This document shows positions 16,279 to 24,070 of a DNA stretch of 32,000 nt, one piece after another. Each line of letters opens with the position of its first letter. Positions within the stretch are counted from its first letter, which is position 1. The stretch is from contig JBDLRP010000029.1 in NCBI GenBank assembly GCA_039799905.1, positions 83,535-115,534 on the forward strand, given 5' to 3'. Under the pieces are notes generated by a model. That model made no database searches. It saw only the letters and a program-made list of their open reading frames with translations, and was not told the origin of the DNA. The DNA is from Pseudomonadota bacterium. Its GTDB lineage: Bacteria; Bdellovibrionota_B; Oligoflexia; Silvanigrellales; Silvanigrellaceae. The position numbers were made by a program, and so were the translations under genes.

Positions 16279-18825
16279 TCATGCGACAACGGGGCTTGAA
16301 ATTTTAAAGCGCCTACTCATGTCTTTGATCGCGGTATCAGCCTCACTTGGCGAAACACGCGGGTACATCACTTCATTTATCTCGCTCAGATTGATTAATC
16401 CGCTCGCAGCAAAAGACCTGATTTTCGACAACACCTGCATCTCTGCCAGACGGAATGACTCACTGTCCAACCCGCGGATGTTTGAAGCGCTCTCGTTCCA
16501 GTCGTCGGCAATCTCATCGGGAGCTTTGCGCAGAACAAGTTGTCTTATTTTGTCTCGTGTGCCGGCAAGGAATGTCACCATCACCTGAGGTTCGAGTGCC
16601 AGGAATATTTCCAAAAGAAGCCCGTCGCTCAAATAGGCAAGGGTTTCCACACTGACAAAGCGGCTTCTCACCTGACGAGCAAGTTCTGGATTGGTGCGAT
16701 CCAGATTCTCAAGCATTTCAAGCTGGGAATCGCGTTCGCTCCGTTCCACAAGATCGATGATTACATCAGCGCCGCCAAGCATTTCTCCTCCGGCTGCTCC
16801 CATTTTTTCAATCTTTCTCTTGAGTGCCATAGCTACATTGAACAGGTATTCGCGCGGCAGCGTTTCCTTGATGCAGAGCTCGCGCAAGAGTGCGGACTTT
16901 AGACTGCCTTCAAACAACTCAAACACAGCCCTGCGCTTGTCTGTCGGTAATTGAGTCAGCACAACAGCCTGCGACCGCGCACTCTCATCGCAAATCAAAT
17001 CATAAATCTGTCTTCCTGAGAACGATTTCAAGAAGTCAAATGTATCCTGAGCACGTTGAGTCATCTGCCTGATTTTTCCGGCAGTCAGCTTGAGTTTGAG
17101 ACTTCTCAAAACCGAAAGCTGTTCACTGTCGCCGACAATTGGAGCGTTCACATGAATGTATTCAGCGAGCAGGGCGACTTCTTTTTTTACGTCATCATCG
17201 CCCAGCAAATCAAAGACCATTATCTCGCCAAGCACGGATACACATTTAGCCGAGAATTCAATTCCATCTTCCCTAAGAATGCGCGAAAAGACATCTCGTG
17301 CAATCTTCGGCTGAGAAATAAACATCTGAGTCAGCTCATCGCGCAGTGATTGGATATTCATGCGCTGGGCAACTTCATCGTTGATTCCACCGGCAGGAAT
17401 CACAACGGCACGCGGGCGAATCGGAAGTGCTGCAGGAACAGTTGTTACCGGAGGGCTTGCCCCAAATGCGGACTGACCAATCTCTGTGGCAGCAGGTATG
17501 GCAACATCATCTCTGAAGTCCGCCTGCGGAGCGTGAACACCACGCCCCTCGGAAATGAGATGCTGTACCTGTTTGCTGCTCAAAACATAACGGAGCCCAA
17601 GCGCTCCAACCAACAGAAGAACGGCAAAGACGCCTGCAAACAAAAGGACCCTGTCTTTTGTCCAAAAGTCCTGAAGTCCGTTCTCGCTGAGCGTTTTTTG
17701 GGTATCCGACAACTCCTTGGTCTGTGAGGACTCCACAGACTGCGAAGAATTGCTCTTCTCCGAAAGTGACTCTCTGTTCCGCTCGCGCTCCTTCTCACTT
17801 TGCCTTTCCCGCTCACTCTCGCGGCTGATACTGTCGCGCTCGCGGATTACTTCTTTTGTATTTGCGAATTCGCGGAATATTCTCAGTGAACGGCCCAATC
17901 TTTCCAGACCCCAAGGATCGTTGCGCAATTCGTCGGAATCCTTTTGCAACTCGGAGGCAGCCTTTGGCATTGAGGTCAGTTTGACGTTCAAGATTCCCTG
18001 ACCATAGTTGTCGAGGTGATCACGCAAGAGATTTTCAATCTGCAGCCGGCGGTTGTCTTCCATCTCGGATGCAAGAGTCAGACTCGCAGTAACACCCGAA
18101 ACCACGAGCGCATGCTTGCTTTCACGAATGACAACAGCACGTCGCATCAGTGATGACTGGGCGTCCTCAAGAGGAATCCGCACCGTTTTAACCTCAAGCG
18201 TCTGCAATCTGCATTCAAGCGGACAAAAATCAGATAAAATTCTTTCAATGGAACTCTTCACTAAGCTGACTGCCTCCGATTTAGCCTCTGCCTCTGCCCG
18301 GATGACGTGAGGAGGGTCTGGAAGTGCGGCATTTGTGAATTCAATTTCTAACGGAACACCATAGCGTCGTGACGCTCGGAGCAGGACATCGCGTATCCGC
18401 TCGATATTGCTCTTTCCCAGTCTGTTATCAATCAAAACCTCGGCAACCGCACTGCTCACCAAAAAAGTTCTTGGTACGACTGTTGCGCTTTCGAAACCAA
18501 GTGAAGCCGAATTTGTGTCAAAGAGCTCGCGGCTTTCAACATCCACACCCAAAATCGTACAACCATCCGGACAATACTTCGTCACGTCCGACTGGAGTTT
18601 TGTTCGAATGCGCTGAATTGTTTCTTCGTCGAATCTGAGCTTTTCAGGGTCGGCGGGGGCCATGGATTGGAACGCCTGAATTTGCTGCGATGCAAAAGCG
18701 GTTTGATAGAGCGAAAGTTGCGTCATGAGGGCAACAAGCGAGGCACAAAAAAAGCTAGCCACGGAGAGTGTAGAACTCCTCCCCATCACTTTCGCCTTTT
18801 TATATGCAACTCGACAAATCATCAC
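16279..18825 (-). CDS. FliF-like/FliG-like fusion protein (candidate non-flagellar rotor)
   Basis: 848 aa. Signal peptide, then two tandem domains (aa ~65-172 and ~187-290), each with a Cys pair (CPDGC, CPLEC) followed by a FliF ring-building-like segment. Then an R/E/S-rich linker, one TM (aa ~393-415), a FliF-tail-like segment (LRDELTQMFISQPKIARDVFSRILRED), FliG-middle-like (FDFLKSFSGRQIYDLICDESARSQAVVLTQLP) and FliG-C-like (GGADVIIDLVERSERDSQLEMLENLDRTNPELARQVRSRFVSVETLAYL...FRLAEMQVLSKIRSFAASGLI). Confidence 0.8.
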   Translation of the reverse strand: MMICRVAYKKAKVMGRSSTLSVASFFCASLVALMTQLSLYQTAFASQQIQAFQSMAPADPEKLRFDEETIQRIRTKLQSDVTKYCPDGCTILGVDVESRELFDTNSASLGFESATVVPRTFLVSSAVAEVLIDNRLGKSNIERIRDVLLRASRRYGVPLEIEFTNAALPDPPHVIRAEAEAKSEAVSLVKSSIERILSDFCPLECRLQTLEVKTVRIPLEDAQSSLMRRAVVIRESKHALVVSGVTASLTLASEMEDNRRLQIENLLRDHLDNYGQGILNVKLTSMPKAASELQKDSDELRNDPWGLERLGRSLRIFREFANTKEVIRERDSISRESERERQSEKERERNRESLSEKSNSSQSVESSQTKELSDTQKTLSENGLQDFWTKDRVLLFAGVFAVLLLVGALGLRYVLSSKQVQHLISEGRGVHAPQADFRDDVAIPAATEIGQSAFGASPPVTTVPAALPIRPRAVVIPAGGINDEVAQRMNIQSLRDELTQMFISQPKIARDVFSRILREDGIEFSAKCVSVLGEIMVFDLLGDDDVKKEVALLAEYIHVNAPIVGDSEQLSVLRSLKLKLTAGKIRQMTQRAQDTFDFLKSFSGRQIYDLICDESARSQAVVLTQLPTDKRRAVFELFEGSLKSALLRELCIKETLPREYLFNVAMALKRKIEKMGAAGGEMLGGADVIIDLVERSERDSQLEMLENLDRTNPELARQVRSRFVSVETLAYLSDGLLLEIFLALEPQVMVTFLAGTRDKIRQLVLRKAPDEIADDWNESASNIRGLDSESFRLAEMQVLSKIRSFAASGLINLSEINEVMYPRVSPSEADTAIKDMSRRFKISSPVVA

Positions 18826-19478
18826 TGATAAACCCTTATAACAACCCTTCTGTTTGCCGCGCGTGCCTGTTCAAGTGCATCGCCCGCTTTTCCACTGATG
18901 GAAATTTTGGGCCTCGAAGAACCAAATCCTGCAACGCTCATCCTTTCCTGCGGGACCTTGAGTTCACGCATTTTGTTCAGCAGTGCGACTCCGCGCGCGC
19001 TGCTGAGCGCCCAATTCACCTCATCATTCCCGACATCGTCAGTATGTCCCTCAAAACTGAGGAAATATTTGCGATCTGTCTTTTGGAGAATCTGCAAAAT
19101 TGGCATTGCTTCCTTTGCCGCAAAGTCACTTAACTCATCGCTTCCCTGACGAAACAGAACACCACCTAAAAACTCAACCATCAGACCTGACATTCCCAGC
19201 TCGGTGACGACCGAGCTCTGCAAGCCCCTGTTGGCAATCTCGAAATCAATCTGTTTTTTCAATTCATCAAGACTGTCGGTCCGCTGGCGGGTCATCACCT
19301 GTGATACGACATCAAATTTCTGCGCGCTGACCTGCGACATCGACAGCATCAACACGAAGAGTGCGAGCATATTTGTTGTCAGGTCGGCATATGAGGTCAG
19401 CCACAATGAGTCTTTGTTTTTCTTTTTGCTGCGCTTTGAAATTCCGGCGACAGAATTGAAGAATGATTCCTGAGTCAT
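18822..19478 (-). CDS. motB: MotB-family stator protein with OmpA-like peptidoglycan-binding domain
   Basis: LWLTSYADLTTNMLALFVLMLSMS with Asp at residue 32, and FEGHTDDVGNDEVNWALSSARGVALLNKM...VAGFG...ANRRVVIRV. Confidence 0.92.
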   Translation of the reverse strand: MTQESFFNSVAGISKRSKKKNKDSLWLTSYADLTTNMLALFVLMLSMSQVSAQKFDVVSQVMTRQRTDSLDELKKQIDFEIANRGLQSSVVTELGMSGLMVEFLGGVLFRQGSDELSDFAAKEAMPILQILQKTDRKYFLSFEGHTDDVGNDEVNWALSSARGVALLNKMRELKVPQERMSVAGFGSSRPKISISGKAGDALEQARAANRRVVIRVYQ

Positions 19479-19484
19479 TTTTCG

Positions 19485-20315
19485 CTACCCTCCCTGAGAC
19501 GCGCGGGTGCGCGGCGGGAGATCGCGATTGCCTTCACTCTGGGAGAGACCGGCCGCAGTGCGACCCTGTGTTTGTTCCTGCGAGTAGGTGCTCAAAACAT
19601 CTCTCAGGTGTGCTTGGGATTTCTTTTCCTTGAGCAGGAGGACTCCCTCAAGAATCATCAAATCAAGCTGCAAAGTCTTTTCCGCATAAATCGCGATTTT
19701 TTCAGAGATGGGTGTGTACACAACGGTACCGAGAATTATTCCATAGAGGGTTGTCAGCAGGGCTATCGCCATAGATGGGCCGAGTTTGGCTGGCTCCGAC
19801 ATGTGTGAGAGCATTTGGACAAGTCCAACGATCGTTCCGAGAAGTCCCATGCCGGGACACAGTTTTCCCAAACTTTCAAAAAGACTCACCGCATGGGAAA
19901 ACTGAGTTTGCTTGGTATTTATTTTTGCAGTCAGGTTGTGCCTGATTTCGTCGGCTGTAAAGCTCGATAGAATGAGCGTCACGCCATCCCTGAAGAGCTG
20001 ATTGCTGATTTGCGGTTTGTATTTTGCGAGAATTCCTATTCCCTCTGTCCGCACTGCGTAACTGAGCGTCGACAGCTGATTTGAAATTTGGTTCATTTCT
20101 TTTTTTTGATTCAGGAACGCAAGACTCAACAGTGTGCGAAGCCCTGAAAAGAAATCGATGAAACTGTGCGACATAAGCATTACGGCAATCGGCGCGACTC
20201 CGAGCAGGACGGCCGAGGCCGGCTCCCAGAAGCCTTCGAAATTTTCGCCGCCATGAAAAATCAGATACCAAAGTGACCACGCAAAGGCTGTAAGGCCGAC
20301 AAGAATGCTGATCAT
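19485..20315 (-). CDS. motA: MotA-family stator protein
   Basis: 276 aa, four predicted TM segments, LGKLCPGMGLLGTIVGLVQML and LGPSMAIALLTTLYGIILGTVVYTPIS. Confidence 0.92.
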   Translation of the reverse strand: MISILVGLTAFAWSLWYLIFHGGENFEGFWEPASAVLLGVAPIAVMLMSHSFIDFFSGLRTLLSLAFLNQKKEMNQISNQLSTLSYAVRTEGIGILAKYKPQISNQLFRDGVTLILSSFTADEIRHNLTAKINTKQTQFSHAVSLFESLGKLCPGMGLLGTIVGLVQMLSHMSEPAKLGPSMAIALLTTLYGIILGTVVYTPISEKIAIYAEKTLQLDLMILEGVLLLKEKKSQAHLRDVLSTYSQEQTQGRTAAGLSQSEGNRDLPPRTRASQGG

Positions 20316-21088
20316 GGCACCCTCCCGTCGACTGCCTTTGTGCTCTGCGCAGGTTGATCGATCCTCTTTTGCCGGAGACCTTCGCGGCTTGAAATAACTC
20401 TTCGCAGTTGCTCGATCTGCGCGAGCAGCCGAGGATTCGGCTCGAGGTCAAACGCCTTTTCATACGCGGAAAGCGACAAATCTGACTGACTCAGTCTGAG
20501 ATGAAGAGTCCCCTTCATGGTCCAAAGCAATGCTGATTTGGAGAAATGCAGCAGCAGTTCGTTTGTCTCAACAAGAGCATCCTCGTAACGTTTTGATGAA
20601 AACAGCTGACGTATTTTTTTTGTTGATTCAGTGAAGCTCGGGCTGAGCGGTCTTCCGTCCTCCTCGCTGACTCCCAAAACCCGATCAAAATCTCCAAGCC
20701 TTTTCTCGAATTCACCGGCACCGCTCACGCCTGCGATTTCGGCGTCCGTTCTTTGCAAGCGAGCTCTCTCGCGGGATTGTGCAATGGGATCGCCTGTCAC
20801 ATCTCCCGGCTCAAGTCCCATCACAGATGCGGGTAGTTTGACCTCAGTAAGATCCGAACCTCGTTCTCCGGTGAGCACCTGCTCGACAGTTTCCCGTTGA
20901 GCACGTTCGCTTGCTTCCCGCGAGGCAGGAGGGGGTGCAATTCGAAATTCCGTTGCTGGATTTTTGTTGTCCTGCAACACGCGCTGCTGTTGCGCTGCCG
21001 GTGTTTCCGCAGGCGTCGACGTACACGAGAAATGTGCGACTCCCACAAACAGGAGGCACAGTTTAAAACTGGAGGCCGAAGGCAACAT
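20312..21088 (-). CDS. TPR-containing lipoprotein
   Basis: From the Met at 21088: MLPSASSFKLCLLFVGVAHFSCTST (lipobox). C-terminus has TPR-like YEDALVETNELLLHFSKSALLWTMKGTLHLRLSQSDLSLSAYEKAFDLEPNPRLLAQIEQL. ATGA overlap with motA. Confidence 0.82.
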   Translation of the reverse strand: MLPSASSFKLCLLFVGVAHFSCTSTPAETPAAQQQRVLQDNKNPATEFRIAPPPASREASERAQRETVEQVLTGERGSDLTEVKLPASVMGLEPGDVTGDPIAQSRERARLQRTDAEIAGVSGAGEFEKRLGDFDRVLGVSEEDGRPLSPSFTESTKKIRQLFSSKRYEDALVETNELLLHFSKSALLWTMKGTLHLRLSQSDLSLSAYEKAFDLEPNPRLLAQIEQLRRVISSREGLRQKRIDQPAQSTKAVDGRVP

Positions 21089-22271
21089 CAGCAGCCAATC
21101 CTCCAGGCGTTGTGTATTTATATCGATTGCGAACACTGATGGTCGTCGGAAGGCTGTATCCAACACCGGCGTCAATTAGAAATCGCTGACCCAAACGCAT
21201 TGTTGCGCCGCCTCTCAACGAAAAGCAGGCATATCCTTTGGAGACAATCGTTCCAGCACCCAATTCCAGACCGGTGACGGTGCCATCAACGCTGGAGGAA
21301 TCCTTCGAAAAGAAGTGTCCATAAATCGCGTAAAGTCCCAAAGCTCGCGTGAAGGGGAGAATGATTTCCGTGTTGCTGCCTTCTTTGAATTCAGCACTGG
21401 AAGCAGGGTCGCCGACAATCTCCGGATAGTCGGAAATCAGCACAGATGGCGCTAAAATCCCGCTCAGTCTTGTGCCAACTTCATCCCGCCCAGCATTGAA
21501 TTTTTCAGAAAACCGCAGATTGATTCCAAGCATGTTCGCGCTGTCTTTGACATTCGGAACAAGATGCCAACCGATTGTCGTGGCAAAGAGATATTTCGAT
21601 TTTTTGGCTGTTTCGACTTCAATCTGCTGCTTGGTTTCGGAGTCGCGCTGCTCCATCTTCTGCCTGTAGATATTTTCAGTGTTGTAAAGCTTGCTCCAGA
21701 GCAACTCTTTGGACTTGGAATCGAACACATGGAATCCCAAAATCATGCTTGTTTCTTGATAAATCAGCGTCATATCAACCCAAGCTTCAACCCCGAGCTG
21801 ACTTGCGATTGCGTCCAGTTCCTGCGGATTGTTTATGGGCGTGGTCATTACCAGCCGTCCGTTTTCAACGACCGTTCGACGCACCCGACAATTGGTGCAC
21901 TGCAAAACCTTGGTGCCGCTGTGCTTGCGGAATGCATCCGAGATCTGTGTTTCAAGATAGCTCTCATATGTGCGCGGTATGCCCTCGCCCAAGGCAACAC
22001 GACGGATCGCCACGTTTCGCAGAGAATTTAGTGCTTTGGCCCGTAGATCAAATGAAAACTCGTTCACAAGATCTTGCAGAACTTCATTGAAACTCTTCAC
22101 CTGCTCGCCTTGACCTTGCGTCATCAAAGCGGCTTGTGACTTTGCGGGTGGCGATTCGACGGCAAATGCATACGTCGTCGGTGCGAGCACGACAGTGAGC
22201 GCAAACGCGTGAGCGAGCGCCCGAAAAACGAGCTGTGCTCTCCTTATTTTCTGCCGAAAAATGTCAGGCAT
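21063..22271 (-). CDS. Outer-membrane beta-barrel-like protein with FlgO/CsgG-like N-terminal domain
   Basis: Signal-peptide-like N-terminus. NVAIRRVALGEGIPRTYESYLETQISDAFRKHSGTKVLQC...LDAIASQLGVEAWVDMTLIYQETSMILGFHVFDSKSKELLWSKLY, then alternating beta segments ending in a terminal Phe (VAFGLQF). Confidence 0.7.
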   Translation of the reverse strand: MPDIFRQKIRRAQLVFRALAHAFALTVVLAPTTYAFAVESPPAKSQAALMTQGQGEQVKSFNEVLQDLVNEFSFDLRAKALNSLRNVAIRRVALGEGIPRTYESYLETQISDAFRKHSGTKVLQCTNCRVRRTVVENGRLVMTTPINNPQELDAIASQLGVEAWVDMTLIYQETSMILGFHVFDSKSKELLWSKLYNTENIYRQKMEQRDSETKQQIEVETAKKSKYLFATTIGWHLVPNVKDSANMLGINLRFSEKFNAGRDEVGTRLSGILAPSVLISDYPEIVGDPASSAEFKEGSNTEIILPFTRALGLYAIYGHFFSKDSSSVDGTVTGLELGAGTIVSKGYACFSLRGGATMRLGQRFLIDAGVGYSLPTTISVRNRYKYTTPGGLAADVAFGLQF

Positions 22272-22272
22272 G

Positions 22273-22305
22273 AAAAAACCCCACAGAAGTCCTCGGTGGG
22301 GTTTT
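22273..22305 (-). terminator. Rho-independent terminator between the 22376-23017 gene and the motor gene cluster
   Basis: + strand AAAACCCCAC(22275-22284)...GTGGGGTTTT(22296-22305): 10-bp stem. On the minus strand it is followed by TTTTTT, directly before the ATG at 22271. Confidence 0.8.
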
Positions 22306-22375
22306 CGGCTTTACTGATTCTGCGACTGATGCACTTCTTGCCGTGCTTCCAATCGTCTGACGGGACGTCCTCGCC

Positions 22376-23017
22376 TCAGAGCGAGTAGGTCAGCTTCGCA
22401 AGAGACTCTTTGCCGGTTGCGACAACGAGTTCCCAAGATTTGCGCGCTTCGTCGCCCTGAAAATCTTCGTCGTAAGTTTCGAGCAAGTCCTGAATTCCCT
22501 CTGCATCTTCAAGAAGGCTCAGGGCGTTGACAGCCGAGCGGAAATAACGCGCAGCTTCGTTCGGGTGACGCTTCACTTTGAGGCTGAGACGTCCCATTTC
22601 TTCATACCACTGCGCCTTCTCTTCGGGAGTCGCAACTTCGCCCGTCTCGCCCAGCATATATATGTAGGTGTTCAACGCACGAGTGTTGTCTTTGGAAGCC
22701 ATCAGCTCGGAAATCTTGGGCAGGAGAGTTTGAATCGTCTTGCGGGCCTTAGCTTGTTCTTTGCGTTTGTCCTCGAGGCTCTCGGATGAGTGCTTTTCGA
22801 GAATTCTCTCACAATGGGCGCGCAGTAGACGCAGGTCTTCGGGAAGAACCTGATCGCGCTCTGTTTCGAGTGTGGGGTTGATTTGGCGAAACAGAGACAA
22901 GAGTTCCGCCGGAGAAACGTGAAGGTAGCCGGCGAGAATCTGAATTGCCCACGGGCGATCGTCGGGCCAAATCCGCTCTGCACGTTCCATCTGCCGAATC
23001 AACTCATGCATATCCAT
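22376..23017 (-). CDS. Uncharacterised helical-repeat (TPR-like) protein
   Basis: 213 aa, helix-rich: LNTYIYMLGETGEVATPEEKAQWYEEMGRLSLKVKRHPNEAARYFRSAVNALSLLED. No firm family. Confidence 0.72.
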   Translation of the reverse strand: MDMHELIRQMERAERIWPDDRPWAIQILAGYLHVSPAELLSLFRQINPTLETERDQVLPEDLRLLRAHCERILEKHSSESLEDKRKEQAKARKTIQTLLPKISELMASKDNTRALNTYIYMLGETGEVATPEEKAQWYEEMGRLSLKVKRHPNEAARYFRSAVNALSLLEDAEGIQDLLETYDEDFQGDEARKSWELVVATGKESLAKLTYSL

Positions 23018-23137
23018 GTGCTCTCCTCAGTCTGCGCTTCAGTACGCACGTCGAGCACTCCTCCCAAAGAAGAATGCCGGACCATCACAGGTTTTTCAGT
23101 ACCCCCTTCATTCTACGACAGGCGCGCTGGGTCAAGA

Positions 23138-24016
23138 TCAATTTTGAGACCCAGTAAAATTCTTTCGAAGTCGCAGGAAAAACCTGATTAAATGGTAGCA
23201 GAGCAGCAGAAGGACCACCAGCCAAACAGCGGAAAGCGGGCCCTGATCCAAAAAACTGACTGGTTGGCTTGACAAATAATTTCTTTCCCTGTTGACTAGA
23301 CGGCCCGCTGCGAGAGCCTCACCCTCTTGAGCCGCTTTGCGCACATCCCCGAGCAGGTTGTTCCAGAAAACTTCAAACCCGGCCGAAGCGAATTCTACCG
23401 GACCATTCTGATACGCAAGCAGCTCACCGTCTCGGTCGAGCAGAAAAAAAGCCGGGTGCGCGACCACAGACAAGCGCTCACTTAGAACTCCCTGAGGATC
23501 CCAAATAATACCCTTCAGGCTCCTCAGGCCCGTCGCCCGATACTCCAAGCCCAACTCAGGAAGCGTGGGCCAATCGCTCACAACTATGCGCGCACAGACC
23601 GTTGGCGCCAACGCACCCGCGACTGGAGGATGCGCTTCCTGCAAACGCTCAAGCGCCCGGGCACCTGCACGACAATTTTCACACTCAGGCAAGGTAAAAT
23701 AGAGCGCAGTGAGGTCGGCAGGGCGCCCTCCCTCCTTGTCACAAAACAACGACTCAGGCGCAGGCGCAGCGTCGGCATCTCGCTCACCGACAACAGGGAA
23801 TTCAAAATTTGGAACGAACACCTTGCTATCGAGGGTGTGCAGTCCGGAGGCCTTGGCCATCTGAGAGAGAGTTGTTAATCCCATACCGTCTCCAAAATGA
23901 GACACATACCCTTCGAGGTGATGCTTTCCTGAGACACTAGCTATCCCCCCTTCTCTGAGTAATTGCAACGGATGTTCCAAATCATAGGCTCTGTCGCCGA
24001 ATTTTAAAATTGGCAC
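23138..24016 (-). CDS. Membrane-anchored thioredoxin-like protein (start uncertain)
   Basis: PADLTALYFTLPECENCRAGARALERLQ (CxxC), cis-Pro-type HPAFFLLDRDGELLAYQNGP, C-terminal TM VWLVVLLLLCYHLIRFFL. The ORF is open to 24274, but its 5' part overlaps a better-supported plus-strand ORF. Candidate starts are GTG 24016 or ATG 23884. Confidence 0.65.
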   Translation of the reverse strand: MPILKFGDRAYDLEHPLQLLREGGIASVSGKHHLEGYVSHFGDGMGLTTLSQMAKASGLHTLDSKVFVPNFEFPVVGERDADAAPAPESLFCDKEGGRPADLTALYFTLPECENCRAGARALERLQEAHPPVAGALAPTVCARIVVSDWPTLPELGLEYRATGLRSLKGIIWDPQGVLSERLSVVAHPAFFLLDRDGELLAYQNGPVEFASAGFEVFWNNLLGDVRKAAQEGEALAAGRLVNRERNYLSSQPVSFLDQGPLSAVWLVVLLLLCYHLIRFFLRLRKNFTGSQN

Positions 24017-24070
24017 GGTATTTGCTTTGAGACTTCCGAAATCGAACGCACTGTCATAGGAGAGAGAACG

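Noticed and set aside
18822-20315. Zorya-type anti-phage defence (ZorA/ZorB are MotA/MotB-like)
   Set aside because: MotA here is only 276 aa, without the long cytoplasmic tail of ZorA. No ZorC/ZorD or ZorE-like genes are adjacent, and a FliG-like partner gene is coupled to the pair.
18822-20315. TolQ/TolR or ExbB/ExbD pair
   Set aside because: Four TM segments, a MotA-type CPGMGLLGTIVGLVQML plus ALLTTLYG, and an OmpA-like C-domain in the partner indicate MotA/MotB.
16279-22271. Ordinary flagellar operon
   Set aside because: No fliH/I/M/N, flhA/B, rod, hook, ring or chemotaxis genes lie on either side within the window. Flanking genes are housekeeping or unknown. Regions outside the window cannot be assessed.
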